64,000 nt of DNA from sequence record OZ035790.1; one strand, given 5' to 3'. The translations under genes were made by a program, and so were the position numbers. This DNA comes from Felixounavirus LF110P4. Below the pieces are notes generated by a model. The model saw only the letters and a list, made by a program, of their open reading frames with translations. It did no database searches and was not told the DNA's origin. Positions 31,137 through 40,616 of the stretch are shown piece after piece (position 1 is the stretch's first letter; every line of letters begins with the position of its first letter).

Positions 31137-31457
31137 ATGAGCAAAGTTTATAACACTCGTAAATTACAGATTTTCGTACTGTGCCAGTTTATGGCTAAAG
31201 AATGCAACTTCTACTATTGTGGTACAGGTTTTATTAGCGATGATGATGGCTCATACCTCCCATTCAAAGAAGCTGTAAAACTCTTTAATGAAGAGAAAAG
31301 CTCTAAGAAAGATATTGAAAAGGTTAAGCTAACCTACAGCAAGAAAGATAAGAAGATTATCTGCCTAGATAACTTTGTGAAAGTTACTGGAGAAGCAAAA
31401 GAGTTTATGGATGAGAGTGAGATTTCATTCACAAGCATCTTGAAAGTAGCTCAGTAA
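31137..31457 (+). CDS. hypothetical protein
   Basis: 106 aa ORF. Confidence 0.4.
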   Translation: MSKVYNTRKLQIFVLCQFMAKECNFYYCGTGFISDDDGSYLPFKEAVKLFNEEKSSKKDIEKVKLTYSKKDKKIICLDNFVKVTGEAKEFMDESEISFTSILKVAQ

Positions 31458-31508
31458 ACAGATACTATAAGGGGACTGTAAAGGTTCCCTTTTTATTTTG
31501 GAGGTAAA

Positions 31509-32024
31509 ATGTATCTGTCAAACCTGAAACGTTCGGTTGCAATGTCAGTTCTAAGACTCAGCTTTGATGAGCGTCAAGAGTTTATAGACTCCCACAAATA
31601 TGACCCTTCAAATTCTAATCACATGGTTCTTTGGAATCGTGATAACTTCCGTGAAAGAGCACTTGTCCGTTATTACCCACACTACACAATAGATAACCTG
31701 TATGAATGGTGTGTTGTGAAGAACACCATTGCAACACTGAACAATCTTTGCAGGTATACGGGTAAGCAAACATTTACATTAGGTCATCACAAACCTGTTA
31801 CAAAAGGTGGTGAACATCACTGTGCAAACTGGTTTATCCAAACTAAAGCTGATAACCAGAAGCAAGGAGATAGCCTCCTAAGTATCCCTAAGATGACCTA
31901 TGAAGAGCAAGAGAAATATATCAAAAATAATATGCCAGATGTGCTTGACAACAACTATACAGATTTGGCAATATCTCTCCTGTTGAAGTTCGAGACAGTT
32001 TATAGGGCAACTTATAATGGCTAA
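31509..32024 (+). CDS. possible HNH nuclease
   Basis: LGHHKPVTKGGEHHCANWFIQTKADNQ resembles HNH core. Confidence 0.45.
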   Translation: MYLSNLKRSVAMSVLRLSFDERQEFIDSHKYDPSNSNHMVLWNRDNFRERALVRYYPHYTIDNLYEWCVVKNTIATLNNLCRYTGKQTFTLGHHKPVTKGGEHHCANWFIQTKADNQKQGDSLLSIPKMTYEEQEKYIKNNMPDVLDNNYTDLAISLLLKFETVYRATYNG

Positions 32025-32295
32025 AGAAAAGTGGGAGATTTTAACATTAGTCAGTGAAGGAGGTAATGGTTGTGAAATGTACATGATACGTGGTCATGTT
32101 CCAGAGCCAATTGCACTTGAGATGGTAAACAACTTTACAGATGGTTCTTACAAAGACTTAGGCGAACCAACTGTCAAGCAACAATGGGTTAAACCTGTAC
32201 CAGACAGCACAGGTAACTGTAGTGTACTTTATCACGTTGTAGACCCTGCAAAATGCAAATCTGCAATGGCAGTAACAAACGTAACTTTTGATTGA
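32017..32295 (+). CDS. hypothetical protein
   Basis: 92 aa ORF. Confidence 0.4.
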   Translation: MAKEKWEILTLVSEGGNGCEMYMIRGHVPEPIALEMVNNFTDGSYKDLGEPTVKQQWVKPVPDSTGNCSVLYHVVDPAKCKSAMAVTNVTFD

Positions 32296-33188
32296 GAGAG
32301 AAAACTATGAAAACATCTATCCGTGTTACAGTTCATTCACCAACTAAAGGAACTCATGAAGAAGAGTTTAACATCATCCAATTTCCTTCTGGTGAGATTG
32401 GTGGACACTTTTCGCCAGAGTTTGTTGATTTCACTGCTTATGCAGCATCATCCATCAACAATGTGATTATGATTGTAAAAGGTTATGATAAGGACACTTT
32501 GTTTGCTGTGGCACTTGCTAAAGAAGCAATTGATGATTTAATTCCTCATGATTATGCTTTAAAGACTGTCATCTTTTACTACTTACCAAATGCACGTTAT
32601 GACCGTCACATGTTTAAAGGCGACGCAGCAGCTTTAAAGGTTTTTGCTAAACAGGTAAATGCAATGGGATTTGGTGCAGTCTGTGCAGTTGACCCTCACA
32701 GTTACGTTCCAGATAACCTGTTTAACTGCTTCCAGAGTATTCCTCAAAAGGAGATTGCAGTCCACTATGCAAATGACCCACTGGTTGATTACTTAGTAGC
32801 CCCAGATGCAGGTGCTGCTAAGAAGGTTGCAGAGACCGCTAAAGAGGTGGATAAACCATATATCACAATGTCTAAGGTGCGTAACCTTAAGACTGGTGAA
32901 ATTACTGGTATGCGAATCCTTGATGATGTTGATTTGACAGATAAAACCGTCATGATTCTGGATGATATCTGTGATGGTGGTCGAACCTTCATAGAAGCAG
33001 CTAAGCATCTTCGTGAAGCAGGTGCAAAACGTGTGGAACTCTATGTAACACATGGTATCTTCTCTAAAGATGTTGAAAACCTTCTTGACAATGGTATTGA
33101 CCACATCTACACTACAAACTCTTTAGGGGAAGCTAAAGACCGTGGTTTAACACATTATGGTCAAGTTACTGTAGCAAATTTGGACTAG
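32292..33188 (+). CDS. ribose-phosphate pyrophosphokinase-like protein (Prs family; possibly ADP-ribose pyrophosphokinase)
   Basis: Type I PRTase PRPP-binding loop VMILDDICDGGRT; about 300 aa. Confidence 0.7.
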   Translation: MREKTMKTSIRVTVHSPTKGTHEEEFNIIQFPSGEIGGHFSPEFVDFTAYAASSINNVIMIVKGYDKDTLFAVALAKEAIDDLIPHDYALKTVIFYYLPNARYDRHMFKGDAAALKVFAKQVNAMGFGAVCAVDPHSYVPDNLFNCFQSIPQKEIAVHYANDPLVDYLVAPDAGAAKKVAETAKEVDKPYITMSKVRNLKTGEITGMRILDDVDLTDKTVMILDDICDGGRTFIEAAKHLREAGAKRVELYVTHGIFSKDVENLLDNGIDHIYTTNSLGEAKDRGLTHYGQVTVANLD

Positions 33189-33196
33189 GTAACAGT

Positions 33197-33688
33197 ATGA
33201 ATAAGGGTTATTTTGAAAAATACCTAATATATGAACCAGATACAGGTTTATTAATTTGGAAAGTAACCCTTTGCAGTACCGCTATTGCTGGTAATGTGGC
33301 TGGCACAAGGTCTAAGAAGGGTTATATCCAAGTCCAGATAAATAAGAAGAGGTACTATGCACATAATATTGCATGGATTATGTCTGGGGGTGAGATACCA
33401 AGTGGATATGAGATAGACCACATAGACCTTGATAAAGCTAATAATAAGTTGGAGAACTTAAGACTTAGCACAAAGTCACAAAATCAGAGGAATAGGGGTA
33501 TACACAAGAATAATAAGACTGGTGTGAAGGGTGTAAGTTTTTGTAAACAAACAGGTCTTTACAAAGCAAGAGTCATGCTTTACCATAAAGAATACTTTTG
33601 TGGAAGATTTAAAACAGTAGAAGAAGCAAAAGAAGCTGTAATTAAAAAGCGAATAGAACTTCATGGTGAGTTTGCAAGACATAACTAA
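33197..33688 (+). CDS. HNH homing endonuclease (HNH plus AP2-like)
   Basis: YEPDTGLLIW motif, HNH core EIDHIDLDKANN, C-terminal HGEFA; lies between Prs-like and NAMPT-like genes. Confidence 0.75.
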   Translation: MNKGYFEKYLIYEPDTGLLIWKVTLCSTAIAGNVAGTRSKKGYIQVQINKKRYYAHNIAWIMSGGEIPSGYEIDHIDLDKANNKLENLRLSTKSQNQRNRGIHKNNKTGVKGVSFCKQTGLYKARVMLYHKEYFCGRFKTVEEAKEAVIKKRIELHGEFARHN

Positions 33689-33704
33689 GAGAGAGAGATA
33701 AAAT

Positions 33705-35486
33705 ATGAGTAAGTCACTTTACGCAGTACCAGCAGGTCTTAATGCAGATGCTTACAAGGCATCACATATATATCAGTATCCAGATGCTACACAGTATCTT
33801 ATGTTGAACCTGACACCACGTAGTGACAAATGGTTTAACAGCCCCTTAGCAATTGACGGTGTAGTGGCTTTTGGTATTCAACGTTTTGTTAAAGACTACC
33901 TGATAGACCACTGGAATGCCACCTTCTTTGAACGTGACAAAAAAGAAGCAATTGACGAAATCTTAGAAGTCATGAACGGTGTTCTGGGTAAAGATGCTAT
34001 TGGTCGAGAACATTGGGAAGCACTTCACGACTTAGGTTATCTACCAGTTGAAGTATACGCTGTAGAAGAAGGTACAGTTGTTCCTATGCGTGTACCAATG
34101 ATTGTCTTCCAGAATACTGTTTCAGGTTTCCATTGGGTAGCGGGGTATCTGGAAGATGCTTTCTCTGCTGAGATTTGGAAGGCTTGTACCATTGCAACTA
34201 TTGCATTGCACTACAAACGTATCTGTAAGAAGTGGTCTGACCTTACTTGTGACAACGACTTGCATTTGCCTTATCAGTGCCATGATTTTGCTATGCGTGG
34301 TATGTCCGGCTTTACCGATGACGCATTTAACGCTGTAGGCCACTTAACCAGCTTTAAAGGAACTGATAGCTTCCCTGCTGTGTATACGGCTAAACGAATC
34401 TATGGACAGTCTTACCCAATATCTGATATTGGTAGCTCTGTACCAGCCACTGAGCACTCTGTAATGTGTGCAAACATTGCTTGGGAAGGTGGTAATGAGT
34501 TGATTGAAGAAGAAAGACGCTTTAAAGGTGAGTTACAAACCTTCCGTCGTTTCTTAACAGAAACTTACCCAACTGGTATTGCAAGTATTGTTTCAGATAC
34601 TTATAACTTCTGGAGAACTGTGTCAGAAATCTTACCAGCACTCCGTAAAGAAATTATGGAACGTGATGGTAAACTGGTAATTCGCCCTGACTCTGGAGAC
34701 CCTGTACATATTGTCACAGGTTATAAAGCAATCCACTTAGAGTGTGCTAAAAAGGCTTATTACGAGCACCTAAGCAAGCTTGAAGCCAGCGACACAATGT
34801 TGAATGCTGTTCTGAACATGAAGCTTGAAAACATCAACTATGGTATTGCTGGATGGCTACTGTCAGAAGGCTACGAAATGGTTGTTGACAGAGAAGACTT
34901 TGAAGTTGCTGATACAGTGCTGTTGAAAAACGCTTATATGGTTGGTTCTGCAAACGTTGTAACACGTCCTGTAGCGGAGATTGATGGAGCTATCAAGACA
35001 CTGTATAACATCTTTGGGGGAACTATTAACTCTAAAGGGTTTAAGGTACTGGATGAGCACATCGGCCTTATCTATGGTGACTCTATCACGCTGGAACGTG
35101 CAAACGAAATCCTGAAGCGTCTGTATGAAATGGGTTTTGCAAGCTCTAACGTAGTATTTGGTGTAGGCTCTTACACTTACCAGTACATGACTCGTGACAC
35201 CTTTGCATTTGCTGTCAAAGCAACTCTTGCAAGCATTGGTGGTAAAGAGATTATGCTTGCAAAAGACCCTAAAACAGATAGTGGTGTTAAGAAATCTGCC
35301 TTTGGTGGTGTAGCACCTATGTGGGATGGTGAAAATCTGAAAGCTGTAGATGGCTATGGGTTCCAGAGCTTTGCAGATGCACTTGAACACCCAGCTTGTG
35401 CTTTACGTCTAGTCTTTAGTGACTCTGAGCAGTTCGGCTACACAACTCTTGGTGATATTCGAAATAATATTGACAAGCAGCTTTAA
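33705..35486 (+). CDS. nicotinamide phosphoribosyltransferase-like protein (NAMPT/NadV family)
   Basis: 593 aa; assignment to the NAMPT/NadV family is by recognition of the overall sequence, with no single diagnostic motif picked out. Confidence 0.7.
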   Translation: MSKSLYAVPAGLNADAYKASHIYQYPDATQYLMLNLTPRSDKWFNSPLAIDGVVAFGIQRFVKDYLIDHWNATFFERDKKEAIDEILEVMNGVLGKDAIGREHWEALHDLGYLPVEVYAVEEGTVVPMRVPMIVFQNTVSGFHWVAGYLEDAFSAEIWKACTIATIALHYKRICKKWSDLTCDNDLHLPYQCHDFAMRGMSGFTDDAFNAVGHLTSFKGTDSFPAVYTAKRIYGQSYPISDIGSSVPATEHSVMCANIAWEGGNELIEEERRFKGELQTFRRFLTETYPTGIASIVSDTYNFWRTVSEILPALRKEIMERDGKLVIRPDSGDPVHIVTGYKAIHLECAKKAYYEHLSKLEASDTMLNAVLNMKLENINYGIAGWLLSEGYEMVVDREDFEVADTVLLKNAYMVGSANVVTRPVAEIDGAIKTLYNIFGGTINSKGFKVLDEHIGLIYGDSITLERANEILKRLYEMGFASSNVVFGVGSYTYQYMTRDTFAFAVKATLASIGGKEIMLAKDPKTDSGVKKSAFGGVAPMWDGENLKAVDGYGFQSFADALEHPACALRLVFSDSEQFGYTTLGDIRNNIDKQL

Positions 35487-35500
35487 AAGTATATGATAAG

Positions 35501-35524
35501 AGGCTCCTACGGGAGCCTTTTTAA
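35501..35524 (+). terminator. rho-independent terminator
   Basis: AGGCTCCtacgGGAGCCT hairpin followed by TTTTT. Confidence 0.6.
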
Positions 35525-35539
35525 TTTCTGGAGAATGCT

Positions 35540-35884
35540 ATGGACAACCTTTCCATATGGTTTAACAAGAAACCTGTGCAACCGAAATACTTACAAGTTG
35601 CCTATACAGACATCCTTGAAGTTCTCGGTAAAGAAAAGTTTGAAAAGTTTTGTGAAGGTATCTACAATCACCACTGCCAATTTGCTACAAAAGAAGGTAT
35701 GTTTGTCATAGAACAGTTCTTTGGCAGAGACCCAGATGACTACGAAGAGATTAGCTTTGTAATGAAATACATGATAGAGTATATTGAAAATCGTGGATTC
35801 GAAGTTAATCCTGAATTTTATGAACATGAGGGTGTGCCTTTAGCAAAAGGTTTTGATGGCATACTCGTTAACTGGACTTGGTGA
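35540..35884 (+). CDS. hypothetical protein
   Basis: 114 aa ORF. Confidence 0.4.
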   Translation: MDNLSIWFNKKPVQPKYLQVAYTDILEVLGKEKFEKFCEGIYNHHCQFATKEGMFVIEQFFGRDPDDYEEISFVMKYMIEYIENRGFEVNPEFYEHEGVPLAKGFDGILVNWTW

Positions 35885-36225
35885 AAATTATGAAAATCAA
35901 AGAGATGAACATCAACATTGTCTTAGAAGAGCGTTGGGAGAACATCAAGAAACCTGAAAATGGTCATAAGTTCCTTAACAAAATCTTGGTAGCAGCTAAA
36001 GAAGAACTGACTGGAAAGGTTGCAGCAGCAATCACAATAAAGGTTTGTGTAAAAGGTCTTCCACAACATCACCAGTTTGCACTTGACGAGTTTAAAGAAA
36101 GCTTCTACAATCCAAACAAACAGATGCTTGAAAGTAACTTTGCAGTATCTACAAGTATCGTTCATGACAGAAGCTTTATCCTTTACAAAAATATGAGAGG
36201 TGAGTCATGCAAGCATATTGGATAG
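35878..36225 (+). CDS. hypothetical protein
   Basis: 115 aa ORF. Confidence 0.4.
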   Translation: MVKIMKIKEMNINIVLEERWENIKKPENGHKFLNKILVAAKEELTGKVAAAITIKVCVKGLPQHHQFALDEFKESFYNPNKQMLESNFAVSTSIVHDRSFILYKNMRGESCKHIG

Positions 36226-36383
36226 AAATTTTACTGTCACTTGGTAGTGTAGCAGTATTTGTTTACCTCCTTTGTAAGTACTTTGCAGAGCACAAAAAAT
36301 GTGACTACTGTAATGGAGAGGGGTACATAAGGGCAGGATGTTGCCCTATGTGTGGTGGTTCTGGTAAAATGTTTAATAAGTAA
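36207..36383 (+). CDS. small membrane-anchored zinc-finger protein
   Basis: 58 aa, below track threshold; N-terminal TM helix then CDYCNGEGY ... CPMCGGSGK (DnaJ-type CxxCxGxG repeats). Confidence 0.35.
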   Translation: MQAYWIEILLSLGSVAVFVYLLCKYFAEHKKCDYCNGEGYIRAGCCPMCGGSGKMFNK

Positions 36384-36411
36384 TTTAACAGTAAACTAAG
36401 AGGAAAGTATT

Positions 36412-38778
36412 ATGCGCATGGTAAACGACCACGCAGAAGTGATTAAGAGTTCAACTTCTTTAGAGACGTCTCAAGCACAGATTACAATGACACCTGAAAT
36501 GTTCAGCCTTTTGAGTTCTGGTGTATATACCTTTAAAGAGAGGGCAGTGATTCGTGAACTGTCATGTAACGCAGTAGATGCTCAGAAAGAAGCTGGAAAA
36601 GAGAACATCCCGTTCCATGTGCATTTGCCTACTCGTTTTGAGCCTTACTTTGAAGTTCGTGATTTTGGAACTGGATTGACTCATGATAAAGTTATGAGTT
36701 TGTATCTGAACTACGGAGCTTCTACGAAGAATGACTCTAATGATTACATTGGTGCAATGGGTATCGGCTCAAAGTCACCATTTGCAATTGCTCAGTCATT
36801 CACAGTATCTAGCTATGTTGATGGTGTTGTTAATAAGTACTCTGTTTATCTTGAGAATGGTATTCCTCAAGTAACTAAGCTGACAACTAACCCAACAAAA
36901 GAACCTAATGGTTTAGCTGTACGTGTGGCAGTTGCTGACCACCGTATCTCAAAGTTCTTTGAAGAAGCTGGTAATGTATACTCATACTTTGCTGTAAAAC
37001 CAGAAAGTAATATTGTGTACGACGATGTATTAGCAGATATGAACGTCATTGCCCGTGAAGAGGGTGTTTATGATGCCATGATTCATAAGCTAAGCTGGCG
37101 TTCTAGTGATAACAGGACAGAGTTTAATGTGGTGATGGGTAACATTGCCTACCCTGTTAACATGGAAGCATTACTTGGTGATGATTTCTTCAAAGTATTG
37201 CCAGAATTTTTCCGTAGGAGCGTAGACCTTGTAAACATCTACATGCCTATTGGTTCAGTTGCTATTGCAGCTTCTCGTGAAGCATTGCAGATGAATGATA
37301 CGACAAAAAATGTCATCATTGAGGCTACCAAAAAGATAACTGAAGCCATTACAAAGGATGTTATCAAGAAAGTTAATAACCAACCTACACTCATGGATGC
37401 TGCACAGGCTTATGCTGAGTTACGTTTGAACTCACGAGAGATGTTTAATGCTGTGTGTCCAAAGCTAGAGTGGGGCGGTGTTAAGCTTGATTCTCTGGAA
37501 GAAGAATTGCTAAACATTCGTCGTGGGATTATCTACGCAGAAGACGGCTCAGTCATTTATGAACGTGACGGTAAAGGTAATATTAAGGTTGATAGGAACG
37601 GAAACAACATCCCTAAAGTAGATTATCTTTATAACCCAGTTGCTTATGTCAAGTTCAACTCTTTAGAGAGTAAGATTCGTGCAACAGCACTTTCCTACAC
37701 TCAAGAGGCAAGTATGTTCAATATCTTTGGTGCAATGCGTAAAAGCCAAATTGAACAGTTTTTGTTCGTGATTAATGACCGTCGCAATAAAAACGGTACT
37801 GAGAAGACTGTAGGACGCAATCAAATCTTGCGTGGTGCATGTCGAGACTACGCTAACGAGTCAAGTCTGTTCCACAGATACAATGGTATTGTGTTTGTAT
37901 TCTCGACTGAAAAAGAGTTAGATGATTTAATCAATCTACACAAACTTGATAAAAGCTTGTTAAAGATTGTGAAAATGTCTGATAAGGAGCACCATTACCA
38001 GCGCAAAGAAGCTGTAAGGGGTGTGGTAAAACTCTGGAAAGCTGTTCCAGCAGAAGGTGTAGCTGCCTATAAAGAGGTTTCAGAGGACTTCGATACAATT
38101 GAAGAACCTCAGCTTTACATTAAGGCAGTTGGTGATACAGTTGATGGCGAATGTTTTTGCTCATCTCCAGAAGATGTAGCCAAGTCAGTTGCTAATGTTA
38201 CAGGGAAGACAGTCTATGTTTTCCGAAAAGCAAATTGGAAAAAGATACCAGAAGACTGGATTGAAGTAGATGAGAAACTCTTGAACGACAGCTTAACTGA
38301 TGTTCATTGGATTAATCATAACAGGTATATGACACGTATCTATATGAATGGTGTCCTTGACCTTACAAGCAGTTGGATTATTGCCAGAAACTTTACGTTC
38401 AATAACAGGAAGATTTCTCGTGGCTATTGCTATTCACGGGATACAAACAAAACTATCTTCCTAGAAGGAAATGAAGAGGCTGTAGAGGCAATGTTCGGTA
38501 AAATCCAATACGTTGCTGCACCATTTGCATACACTTATACCATTAGTGTATTGAAAACTTTGAAAGACTGTCTTGACAACGATACAAAGCTTTACAAGAA
38601 AATTAAGAAAGCTGGTGACCGTATGGTTATTAAGGTGACAAACTATCTTTCAAAAAGAAAACAAGAAAACTTCTTGCTTTCTCATTTAGATTGGAATAAA
38701 GTGTCACCCATCGAAGTGAGTAAGTTCTTAGGTTTTGATGTAAAATGTGTTCCAGAAGGGACTACAATTTACGATTAA
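36412..38778 (+). CDS. rIIA: rIIA-like protein (GHKL ATPase fold)
   Basis: 788 aa; Bergerat-fold motifs ELSCNAVDA (N box), DFGTG (G1), GAMGIGSKS (G2); immediately upstream of rIIB. Confidence 0.7.
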   Translation: MRMVNDHAEVIKSSTSLETSQAQITMTPEMFSLLSSGVYTFKERAVIRELSCNAVDAQKEAGKENIPFHVHLPTRFEPYFEVRDFGTGLTHDKVMSLYLNYGASTKNDSNDYIGAMGIGSKSPFAIAQSFTVSSYVDGVVNKYSVYLENGIPQVTKLTTNPTKEPNGLAVRVAVADHRISKFFEEAGNVYSYFAVKPESNIVYDDVLADMNVIAREEGVYDAMIHKLSWRSSDNRTEFNVVMGNIAYPVNMEALLGDDFFKVLPEFFRRSVDLVNIYMPIGSVAIAASREALQMNDTTKNVIIEATKKITEAITKDVIKKVNNQPTLMDAAQAYAELRLNSREMFNAVCPKLEWGGVKLDSLEEELLNIRRGIIYAEDGSVIYERDGKGNIKVDRNGNNIPKVDYLYNPVAYVKFNSLESKIRATALSYTQEASMFNIFGAMRKSQIEQFLFVINDRRNKNGTEKTVGRNQILRGACRDYANESSLFHRYNGIVFVFSTEKELDDLINLHKLDKSLLKIVKMSDKEHHYQRKEAVRGVVKLWKAVPAEGVAAYKEVSEDFDTIEEPQLYIKAVGDTVDGECFCSSPEDVAKSVANVTGKTVYVFRKANWKKIPEDWIEVDEKLLNDSLTDVHWINHNRYMTRIYMNGVLDLTSSWIIARNFTFNNRKISRGYCYSRDTNKTIFLEGNEEAVEAMFGKIQYVAAPFAYTYTISVLKTLKDCLDNDTKLYKKIKKAGDRMVIKVTNYLSKRKQENFLLSHLDWNKVSPIEVSKFLGFDVKCVPEGTTIYD

Positions 38779-38857
38779 AGTGTTTGACAAGGGGCTTCAA
38801 AGCCCCTTAAAATAGCATCACAAAATGATTTATTAACTAACAAGAGAGAGTAATAAG

Positions 38858-39967
38858 ATGACTACTAAAACTAAAGCACAGATTGACGCAGAAATTTACA
38901 AACTGGTTAAAGAAGGTAAGCTGACTAAAACAGCTATTGCACAGAAATTTAATACTTCAACCCGTTCAGTCGGTCGTGCTGTAGAGCGTCATGAAGCAAC
39001 CTTAAAAGGGAATAAGAAGGCAACTTCTACACCAGCTACGAAGACTTTGAAACAAGTTGCTAAGACCTTTAAGAAGAAAGCTGGAAAACCAGTTGAAAAG
39101 GTAGTTAAAGACGCTGTACAGAAAGCTCCAGTAAATAAACTGCACGAAGCTATGCAGAAAGATGACAAGATTGAGTACATGATTACTGGTGATTCTGTAA
39201 TTATGACTTATGGTTCAGAATCTGAAATTGTTGAGTCTACTCATCCGAACTATCAAGAGATTGTAGTTCATGTTGTGAAAGGTGAGTTCAAGAAAGCATT
39301 TGAACTGATGAACATTCGTAAGTCTATCGAAAACTTCACTCAGGGTGCTATCACAATCAAAGGCGACAAGCTATTCTACGGTGCTGTTGAGATGCGTTCT
39401 ACTCTGGTTGACCGTATTCTTCACATGATGAAGACTGGAGACAAAGGTTTTGAACGCCTTGTGATGTTCTTCGAAAAACTGATGGAAAACCCATCTAAAG
39501 ACTCTGTAGAACAACTTTGGGGCTTCGTATCTCACCTTGATGTCGAAATTGATGAGGAAGGCTACATCATTGGTTGGAAGAAAGTATCCACTCGTGAAGG
39601 CAAGCTGGTTGACTCCCACACCTACAAAGTACCTAATGATTTGGGTAACGTTGTAGAAATGCCACGTTGGATGGTTGATAATAACCGTAACGTGACTTGC
39701 TCTCAAGGTCTTCACGTTGGTGCTTGGGATTATGTTCGTTGCTTCTCAGGTGATACAATTCTGAAGGTTCGTGTCCATCCACGAGATGTTGTATCTGTTC
39801 CAACTGATTACAATGATATGAAGATGCGCTCGTCTCGTTATGAAGTTGCAGCAATCGTTGATAATCAACGTAAGGTACTGAAAGCGTGGGATGGCAAGAC
39901 TGAAGCTCTGCATGTCATCGTTGGCACTGCTGGTGAACTTATCTCTCAGCGTAAACGTGAAATCTAA
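38858..39967 (+). CDS. rIIB: rIIB protein
   Basis: Segments matching T4 rIIB: RSTLVDRIL, ENPSKDSV, MPRWMVDNNRNVTCSQGLHV, VRVHPRDVVSVPTDYNDMKMR. Confidence 0.85.
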   Translation: MTTKTKAQIDAEIYKLVKEGKLTKTAIAQKFNTSTRSVGRAVERHEATLKGNKKATSTPATKTLKQVAKTFKKKAGKPVEKVVKDAVQKAPVNKLHEAMQKDDKIEYMITGDSVIMTYGSESEIVESTHPNYQEIVVHVVKGEFKKAFELMNIRKSIENFTQGAITIKGDKLFYGAVEMRSTLVDRILHMMKTGDKGFERLVMFFEKLMENPSKDSVEQLWGFVSHLDVEIDEEGYIIGWKKVSTREGKLVDSHTYKVPNDLGNVVEMPRWMVDNNRNVTCSQGLHVGAWDYVRCFSGDTILKVRVHPRDVVSVPTDYNDMKMRSSRYEVAAIVDNQRKVLKAWDGKTEALHVIVGTAGELISQRKREI

Positions 39968-39983
39968 TAAGTAATTTCTTAAA

Positions 39984-40006
39984 AGGCTGCTTCGGCGGCC
40001 TTTTTT
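39984..40006 (+). terminator. rho-independent terminator
   Basis: GGCTGCttcgGCGGCC hairpin followed by TTTTTT. Confidence 0.6.
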
Positions 40007-40067
40007 ATTTGTATTTTGTGCAGAGTGCTGTATAATTGTTGTCACGATAAACTAAACAGGAGAACCA

Positions 40068-40616
40068 ATGAAGAAATTGATTCTAGGTTTGTGCTTAATG
40101 TTTACAGCACACTTATCTTATGCAGTTGACTGCCCAGAGCTATCAATTAGCCAAAAAGTAAACATGTTAAAAGCTTACCAGTATGGTGAGAATAACATGG
40201 GTAAAGGTTGGGGTATCACTCTAGCTGCTATAGCCTTACAAGAGTCAGAGTTAGGTCTGAAGGTAGAGAATAAAAAGACACATGATTATGGTATTTTCCA
40301 GAATCACTTGAAGACTGTTGTAAAGCGTAACAAAATTAGTCCTAATGTGGCTAAAAAGAAACTCTTAAAAGACTTTGACTATGCTGCAAAGGAAACGCAC
40401 AAAGAACTTGAATTTTGGACAAAGGTGCATGGTCAGCCAAAGTCAAAGAAGACTTTACAAAAAGTTTTAGCATCATATAATGCTGGGTATTCGTACAGAA
40501 TCCCTAAAGCTAAGAAATATTCTCAAGATGTCTATAACAACATGAAAGTCATCGCTCAATGTGAATTTGCAACAAACATTTCTAAGGTAAACCATGAAAA
40601 AATTAAGAAAGTCTGA
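40068..40616 (+). CDS. secreted lytic transglycosylase-like protein (SLT domain)
   Basis: Signal peptide MKKLILGLCLMFTAHLSYA; catalytic-type motif AIALQESELG and DYGIFQNH. Confidence 0.5.
   Translation: MKKLILGLCLMFTAHLSYAVDCPELSISQKVNMLKAYQYGENNMGKGWGITLAAIALQESELGLKVENKKTHDYGIFQNHLKTVVKRNKISPNVAKKKLLKDFDYAAKETHKELEFWTKVHGQPKSKKTLQKVLASYNAGYSYRIPKAKKYSQDVYNNMKVIAQCEFATNISKVNHEKIKKV

Noticed and set aside
32793-35390. Minus-strand ORFs (32789-32992, 32793-33104, 33476-33682, 34122-34343, 34863-35390) inside the Prs-like, HNH and NAMPT-like genes
   Set aside because: Opposite strand to a continuous plus-strand operon; overlap genes with recognisable motifs.
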